A stretch of 64,000 bases of DNA. Origin: the human T2T-CHM13v2.0 reference genome, Homo sapiens. Below, piece by piece: positions 56,052-64,000 of the stretch (positions within the stretch are counted from its first letter, which is position 1; each line of letters begins with the position of its first letter). The position numbers and the translations under genes are program-made. The stretch is taken from NCBI RefSeq assembly GCF_009914755.1, contig NC_060937.1; one strand, 5' to 3'. The notes beneath the pieces are model-generated. The model was not told the origin of the DNA. It made no database searches and saw only the letters and a program-made list of their open reading frames with translations.

Positions 56052-59000
56052 TCTAACCTCCCTCTGAGCTTCTCCCTGCATCCTCACTGGGCACCAGTTC
56101 CTCAGTAGGAGGGGTTCCCTCCCACGCGGGGCCAGTGGACTTACTTGCTGTCGCCCCTGCCCAGATCTGTCTTCTCTTTCTTTCTTTGACCGGCTCACTC
56201 TTCATGTGTCTTTAAACTCAGATCAAATGGTGTTTCCTCAGAGCAGCCTTCTCATCATCAGAAAAGCCTGCATCCCCATTACAGTCTCTCAGAGCTCCAC
56301 AGAACTTCATGTCCTTCCTTCTTATCACAGGTTGCACATTTGCATTTATTTGTTTAATTTTTGGATGAATGTGTATCTTTCTCAGGAGACTGGAAGCTTC
56401 TCAAGGACAGGGACCAAGACCTTCTGCCCTGAATCATGATCGTTGCAAACCAAGCCTGCGCTGGCTGGTGCTGAGCAAAGACTCACAGCCCGGAAGACAA
56501 AGGCAGGGACCCACAGCACCGAGCCTATGCCCGTGGCCAACTGAATCCCTGTGGACCGGCCCCGCCTGTCTGCCTTCCTCACATCCCTCCACCTCACAGG
56601 GAGGCCCTAAGTCGGCTCACAGGGAGCCCTCCTAAGTCGGCTAGATCTTCTCCCTTCACTCTTCAACACACCTCACAGGTGTTCGGGGAAAAAGGTGACG
56701 ACCAGGGACCAGGAAGCACAGGTATGAAGGCCAACTCGCTGCAACCAAGAAGCCACGCGTAAATTGGTTTAGCCAATAGTTACTGCTACTGTTATTGTTC
56801 TTATTATTATCACAGGTCTAAGCATCTTACATCTATCTGTTCCTGAATGAGATCAGCTCATGATTTTCAGTTGTCTATACTTTGTTTGATTTTAATATCA
56901 AGGTTATACAAGACTCAAAGAATGGCCGGGGGAGTTTTCTCTCTCTTTTTCTATTTTTGAGACAAGTTTGTATCACTTTAAAACTGTTTTTTCCTTAAAG
57001 ATTTGGCAGAATTCACCTGTAAAACTGTATGAGTCTGGTGTTCTCTTTGTGGAAGGATTTTAAAATATTCATTCAGTTTGTTTAATACTTATGAGATTAT
57101 TCAGGCTTTCTAATTTAAATACAGCTAATCTCAGATTTTTTGAAGCTAGTTTTGGTATACTTCTAGGAATTTGTTTAAAATTTTAAAATTCTTAACAACC
57201 TTTGAAATCTACCTATGATCTCCTCTGCAGGTCAAATATTGAGTATTTGTGACTCCTCCCTACATTTCTTGGTCAGAGGTTTATTTTTAATCTTTTCAAA
57301 GAACCAGTTTTGACATCGTTGGCCCTCCCTGTTGAATCTCTGTTTGTTATTATCTCCTTTTTTCTACTTTCTAGGCTTCCACTGTTATGCTTTTTCTAAC
57401 TTCTGAAATAGAAAGATTAACCTGTTAATGCTTTACTAATTTTCTCTCCTCACATAATCTTCTACACTTCCTTTTAGGCCTTACTTGAACTGTCCCTCAC
57501 ATATTTTGATGTGGAATTTTTATTGTTGTTGAGGTGCCTTCTTTTCGTTTGCATTTTGAATTTTTTAAATTGATGGTTGACATTGGAATTAGAAAGCTAT
57601 AAAATGTCAGAATATGTGCATTTTTAATGTTGTCTGTCTCTTACTGATTTACAACTTGATTGCTGTCTAATCAGAGAATGTGGCCTGCTTTAATATAATC
57701 TTTGAAATTCATTTAGACTTCTTTTGTGACAGGGCACATGATATTTGTGTAGATTTTCTCTGTAGTAATGAAAATAATGGCTCTCAAATTGTTAAGCAGT
57801 TTTCATTATATGCCCACTAAATCCAGCTTGTTAATTGTCTGGTTCAAATATTTCTATCGGTACTAAATATTTTCAGCCTGGCCTATCACTTTCTAACTAA
57901 GTTATATGAATATATTCAAGGGTATTAATGAATTTGCCTATATCTCCATGTAATTCTGTCAATTTTTCTTATATTTTGTGGCATTTTATTACATCCATAA
58001 ATATTTAGATCTTTATAACCTCATGGGCAACTTAAACTTAAATAAAAATATAATGACCCTCTTCATCTGTAATAATGGTTTTTGCCTTTTAGGCTTTTCC
58101 TCTGATATTAATAGTACTATGCCAGATTTCTTTGAGTTGTTATCTGCCTGGCATACATTTTTCAATTAATTACCTAAGTATTCTATTCCTATATTCTTAG
58201 GCTTTAGGCATATCTCTTGCAAAAAGCATATAACTTAATTTTTTAATTCTCATCTGGAAATCTTTGTCTTTTTACCTAATCCATTCCTTGTGATGACTAG
58301 TGCATTTGGGTTTATTTCCACCATCTCATTTTTGTGCTTTCTATTTTTCTGTTTCCTGTATCATGCTTTTTTCTTATTTCTTGCATTTACTTACTGTATT
58401 GGCTCTCCCTGTATATATCCAATTAAAATAATAAATCTAAAGTGAATTTAACATATCTACCCTTTTCGTGAATAGAACAAAGACCTTAGGATTTTTTTTA
58501 TCATCCTCCATCTGACTAATCTGCTATCATTGTACATATAATTTCATATTTTTAACTTTAGCCCCAGAAATTAGACATTTCCATTGGTGTTCTATAAGCC
58601 AATGTTGGTTTAGACTTTCCCGCTTGCTCTCAGTTCCCTCAATTATCACGTCTTCTCTTGGGATGCTTTGCATTCTTTCTGAGGTTGATCCTGCCAAAGT
58701 TTCTCTAGGTACGACTCTCGTTGTAAGTGCTTTCAGTTTTTGCTTTTCTGAAAAATATTATTATCCCACTCTTGACCTTGGGAGATCACTTGATCATGTA
58801 CAGCAATTTGGATTGCATTTGTTTTTCTAGTTTTTTTAAAGATACCATTCCACTTTCTCCTGGTGTGTCTCTTTGGTTTCCTTTATTTTCATCAGTTCTG
58901 AAAACTTATCAGTTATATCTTCCTTGTTCTCTCACTTATATTCTTTCAATTTTCTTGGCTATTTTTATTTGGTATTTAATCTTTACAGTGACTGAAGTCT

Positions 59001-59069
59001 TTGAGAATGGAAATAGATTACTTGTGGCTTCCACTTATTCTCACTCAGTGACTTTTTTCATTGCATGGT

Positions 59070-59091
59070 TGTGTGTGTGTGTGTGTGTGTG
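59070..59091. repeat. (TG)n microsatellite
   Basis: Directly visible. Confidence 0.93.
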
Positions 59092-59668
59092 CGCGCACAT
59101 GTGCAGGCACTAATATTTAGCCAAATATAATATGTGAGAATCCCCAGGAACCAAGATTCAGGATGATTTTCTCCAGAGATTTACCTGAAAATATAATGGG
59201 TGCTGCCTGCCTGGAAATGTTTAATGCCTCAGCCTGGGGCTCCTTGAGCATGGTGTGGGGGTGCACATTTGGACTCCAGGTGCACAAGACCAAGCTTTGC
59301 TCCTATATTCTCAGGGAGACGATATTTTTTCCATTTGGAAAAAGGACAGAGCTCAAGATGTTCTTCCTTGGTTCTCTTGCAGGCAGTCAGATTTTTTTTT
59401 TCACCCACCATTTCTCTGAAGCTAGAGTTCCTCCAATTGTCCTGCCTTTGTGTAGGAGGTTTTAATTCAACTATGCAAATTGGCAAGCAGATTCAGAGCC
59501 CAATCTCTCATTCCCCTAAGTGGCCACAATAATTCCCAAAACTATGTTGCCAGTTTTGACTTTTGTATGCAAATTTTGGCACACTGGCTTCTATGATTGC
59601 CTTCACCCAGCTCTGGTTTTATTTTATTCACATTTTTTTTCCAGCTTTTAAAGAGTTCTGGTGTGTGT

Positions 59669-59671
<3 letters not shown>

Positions 59672-59716
<45 letters not shown>
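59672..59716. repeat. (TG)n microsatellite
   Basis: About 22 perfect units. Confidence 0.97.
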
Positions 59717-59717
<1 letters not shown>

Positions 59718-60559
59718 GAGCAACAGACACTTTAAAATAACTTATCCACCATGATGCCATTTTAGAAAACCTGATCTACCCCTCTTCCATCAGCAGATTT
59801 CCTAGAAAAGCTCTGTTCTTCTATAAAAGGGGTTTTTTGACTATTGGATTTCCTTAAATGTATAGCTGATGTTCTTCTATAAAATGACTGAAGCAGAGTT
59901 GGTGCTAGATATAATAGAATGTGTGTGTTTTAAGGCAGAGATTGGGTTAAAATAATTGCTAAGACTTCTTTTAGCTTTAGTATGCTCTCTTTCTTTCTCA
60001 CCAGTGAAGAGAGTTGGATGAGTCATGTAGCACAGTGCTATTACTGGTCTGTCAAGGACTCTCTTATTTCATTTCATTATTTTTCCCTTCATTGTCCATC
60101 AATGACCCAATCCTTCCCTTACCAAAGCATCAACTCAATTGTGTTTATTAAATGTCCTTGGATACAAATGTATCCTTGAAAGATATACCATATATATGTG
60201 ATCTTAAGCCACACACTTTTGTGTTACAGATCCTGTTTTCCCACTCAGTGCTGTTTTCGAGATCTCTCCATGTTGCTAAATTGTGTTTCTCACTGTGGTA
60301 TGGAATTCAACAATGTGTTTTCACTACATGGTACCTACATGTTCACCTAGCGATGGACACCTAGGTTTCTTCTAACTCTCTCCTCCCACAAACAGTGCTG
60401 TGCATATCTCTTATGAACCAGATAAGTCTCTCTGATTCCCTGAATAGATGCATGCTTGCCTTTAATAAATGCCACAGAATTCTCTGCAGGGTGACTGTGT
60501 CTGATTCCTCTTCCCACAAGGAATAAGGGTGCCCTTTTCAATTTCACAGCTATTTGAAC

Positions 60560-62310
60560 CAAGATGGTCTAAGGTTGGACCAAGTAGCAGCAGTAGGAGT
60601 GGTGAGAAAAAGATTATGGGTATATTTTGAAAGTAGGTTCCAAAAGATTTTCTGGTGAAATCAATATGGGATATGAGACAAAGAAAGGAGTGAAGGAAAC
60701 ACCAAGTACCTGGCACTTAGTAACTGGAATTCTCATCAACTGAGATGAGGGCTGCCCAAGGTCCAGCTTTTGGGAGTGAGAAGAAAAGGTCAGGAGTTGT
60801 CTTGGATATGTTGAGTTTGGGTGTTTAATTAGAGATCCACAAGGAAATATGGAATAGGCAATAGGATATACAGTCCGAACTTCATGAGAGATACCTGTGC
60901 TAGAGACAGCAATTCAACAATCAGTTGCATACAGATGGCGTTTAGAACCACAATGCTGGGTGAAATCCCATAGGAAAAGCATGCAGCCAGGGAAGAAAAG
61001 AGGGACAAATCCTAAGCCCTTGTCTATTCCAACTTGGTGAGGCTGGAGACAAGGGGGGGATAGTCTACAAGGAGCAACCAATGAGACAGAAGGAAAACCA
61101 GTGGAGCGCATAGTCCCAGAAGGCAAAAGAAGAAGCTGTATCAATGAGTGAAGAGGGATATGCTTTGCCAAATACATTTGGAAGGTCAAGTACAAGAATG
61201 ATAATTAAAAGCCAGAATTCTTGAGGAAAACACTATCAGTGAGTTGGGGAAGGGAATTGGAGAGGTGTGGTAAGCATCTATTTTGGATTGGGTTTGACGA
61301 AGAAAGAGTGAACACAGACAACATTTTTGAATAGTTTTGCTTTTAAAGGGAAGCAGAGAATTATATGGGGGCAGTAGCAAGACAGAGACAGATCGCAGTT
61401 TGGGATTTTTTTAAGATAGGAAATCTTATAATGTAAAGATGTCATAATGGAAGTGATTCAGAACAGGGAAAACTGATGGCATCAGAGGGAAGAAAGAATT
61501 GCTAGTTCAGTATCGTGGAGTAGGCAAGAGGGCTTGAGGCCTGCAAATATGGAGAGGCTCGCCTTACATGGTGGTACAAACAGTTCCCCTCTGCTAGTGG
61601 GGGGAAGGCACAGCGTTCCATTCCTGATGTTTAGATGTGGGTAGAAGCAATGAAGGGAATTAAGTGAACGAGCTCATTGGATGACTCCAAGCCTGTGAGT
61701 GAGGAGGGGAGATTTGTTGGGGGCTTCAGGAGAGAGGGGCAAGTGGAAGATACTCATGTAGATGAGGGAAGAAACAATTGGAGCAGGGACGAGTAGTGTA
61801 AATACCAGCAGCACCAAAGCCCCATTGAGGTTCATGGTTGTTAAGTTAACGTGAGACCCGTATAGTGCTCGGCTTTTCTCCAGCGAAATTCAGGCTGAAT
61901 TGATGCACACAGGGATTAGATGGAGAGCGACAGCCAAGCTGTGGTTTCCATGGGTGAGGATCAGGAAGCAACAGCGGGGAAGGGAGCTGTGTGTGTTCAA
62001 GGGCATCATGATGAATGGCCGTGGCAGTCACAATGGGTGGTGAGAAGAGAGGACTTCCGTGGACAGAGCGACAACGAAAGCTTGAGGTGATCCATGGATT
62101 GTGGCTCGAGGTGGAACCAAAGGATGGTTGAGAGTCAGGGAAACAGGGGAAGGGAGCTGGAAAGATGGGAGGTGGTAGCCAGAGTGCAAGATTCACGCGT
62201 CTGAATTCGAGGTGCAATGGTATTTGTTGGTAATGACAAAGCTGGATTGTTGACCTTGAAGGTGACTTTGTGTAGTAAGGTGAGAGACAGGGCCAGTGGA
62301 GTGTGAATAT
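60560..62310 (-). mobile_element. Long L2 fragment
   Basis: Purine-rich antisense L2 motifs GGGTATATTTTGAAAGTAG, TTGGATATGTTGAGTTTG, GAATAGTTTTGCTTTTAAAGGGAAGCAGAGAA. Confidence 0.8.
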
Positions 62311-62475
62311 CATCCTAGACTCTTCTCATGGTGCAGTAAGGAGAGGGATAGGACCAGGGGAGAGTGTGTAAGTACCATCCTAGACTCTTCTCGTGGTGGG
62401 GCCAGTCTCTCTCTCAGGTCTCTTGACCTTGTCCTCTGGACAATATAGCTGGTCTTCAGATTTTAATAGAATCTG

Positions 62476-62597
62476 CTTGTAAAAAAGCATGGGCCTTTTT
62501 TGCTCATAGAGGTCTTCTCTTCCTATTAATTTTTTCACTTGTAAAAAAGCATGGGCCCTTTTTGCTCATAGAAGTCTTCTCTTTCTATTAATTTTTT
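62476..62597. repeat. 2 x 62 bp tandem duplication
   Basis: CTTGTAAAAAAGCATGGGCC...CTATTAATTTTTT twice, 3 mismatches. Confidence 0.95.
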
Positions 62598-62599
62598 AA

Positions 62600-63800
62600 T
62601 GGTCATCTGTTTATTTTTTCTGTGACTTTTTCTGACCCTCTTTGGTATTTTATTTTTTTCCCCAGAAATTTGCCCTATCAATTGGTTTTAGAATGTATTG
62701 TCATTGTTTCTAATACTCTTTTTTCTTTTAAAATCAGTTAAATCTGCAGTTATTTTTCCGTTTCCTTTCAATAGTTTTTAAATTTTCTTCGCCAGAGATT
62801 GTTTTTCTTACTAACATTTCAGAGAAGCAGATTTTATTATTTATCAGGGTTTTTTCCTGAATTTTGCTGATTTTTTAAAAAACGTATTTTGTTCCCTTCC
62901 ATTTCTTTGTGTTTACTCTTTTTTTCCCCTCACTTTCAGGGTTGCATGCTGAGTTCTTTTGCTTTTTTATTTTTCTTATTTTTAATTAGTATTGTCACAG
63001 TTACAAATTTCTTTCTGAAGTACAACTTTAGCAGTTTCCAACAAAGTTTAACGTGTAGTGCTTTCACTATTATTCAGTTCTAAGTATTTCCCATTTTTAA
63101 CACATTTAATATAGATTTGTTTCTTTCCTCCTATATGAAATTTTAAAATAATTCTTTTGCTTATGGTTTTATTGGATTGTGGTCAGATAATATTGTTCAG
63201 AGCTAGTTTGTGATTTAGAATTTACTGAGGTTTTCTTGATACTCTAACACAGAAGATGCTCATGACGGCTTCCTGTGTCTTCAACAAAGTGCATTTTCCA
63301 CTGATGGGGAACATGTGTGCCTATTGTCACCGTTATCCACTTTGTTGAATGTGTCATATTATCAGTAGTGTCCCCTCTGTGTTCTTTAGGACTATTTTGC
63401 TCTAAATCCTGTGTTGCCTGGTAACAAACTCACCATCTTAACTTTATTATTGGCTTGTATTTGGTAGCATATCTTTCTTAAATCCTTTATAAAAAAAAAG
63501 TCAGTACATATTGTTTTCAGTGTGTCTTTTCATGACAACTAACTGCTGGATTTGTTCATTTTCTTCATCAAGCAAATCTGAGATCTGTCCTTTGGGAAGT
63601 TTAGCTTCTTTGCAGTTACTGATATTTCTGATACCTCATATTGTGCTTTATTTACTAAACTTCATTTTATTTCTTTTTCTTTTCTTGTTATTTATAATTA
63701 GGTATATTTTCTTCTACTGCTTTAAAAAGCTATTTAATTTTAATTTTCTTAGACTTGTCTTTATTTTATAAAGACCTATAATTTAACTTTTCCTCCTAAT
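62600..63800 (-). mobile_element. Old L1ME/L1M ORF2 fragment
   Basis: T-rich antisense motifs TTATTGGATTGTGGTCAGA and TTGGCTTGTATTTGGTAGCATATCTTT. Confidence 0.55.
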
Positions 63801-64000
63801 TTCCATCTTTCCTGGAAACAAGATACAATATTCACCTGCTTCTCATGGTCTCATATTCTGATATTCTGTCAGCCACGCCTCCGCCTCTGCTGCCGTCGGG
63901 CTCTGCACTCCAACGGGGCCTTGTCACTGGAGTTTGGGTTCTGGATTCCTGTGCTTCTCTTTGTTTTGTTGATGTGATTTTGGTTTTAGTCACTGCTTAC

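Larger units (their letters stand above)
56870..59760 (-). mobile_element. Old L1ME/L1M remnant running from ORF2 toward the 5' region
   Basis: TTTGGCAGAATTCACCTGTAAAACTG...TCTGGTG and ATCTGCCTGGCATACATTTTTC antisense L1 motifs. Confidence 0.65.

Noticed and set aside
61846-62313. 155-aa Pro/Ser-rich ORF
   Set aside because: Lies in degenerate L2-derived sequence; compositional artefact.

Overview
This is primate (very probably human) nuclear genomic DNA, AT-rich and dominated by interspersed repeats. I see no credible host protein-coding gene, RNA gene, CpG island or CRISPR array. The only ORFs with recognisable homology are broken LINE-1 ORF1/ORF2 pieces and ERVL pol remnants; the rest are chance frames or Alu/microsatellite read-throughs. 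Main contents: a 5'-inverted (twin-primed) L1PA fragment, a ~5 kb old L1MA, LTR16/ERVL remnants, MaLR LTRs (MLT1A-like, MSTA), HAL1, a MER1B carrying a 15 x 41 bp minisatellite, four Alus, a full-length dead L1PA (~6.1 kb), L2, MIR, DNA-transposon relics and several STRs/VNTRs. I did not find a new multi-gene biological system. The most unusual signals are mutational-mechanism footprints: a 64-bp segment apparently copied from 3.7 kb away into an ERVL integrase, a MaLR LTR fragment that looks L1-retrotransposed as a polyadenylated RNA, an Alu plus full-length L1 sharing one target-site duplication, and young minisatellites born inside old transposons. Repeat subfamily names come from my recollection of consensus sequences, not a RepeatMasker run, and boundaries of old elements are approximate.
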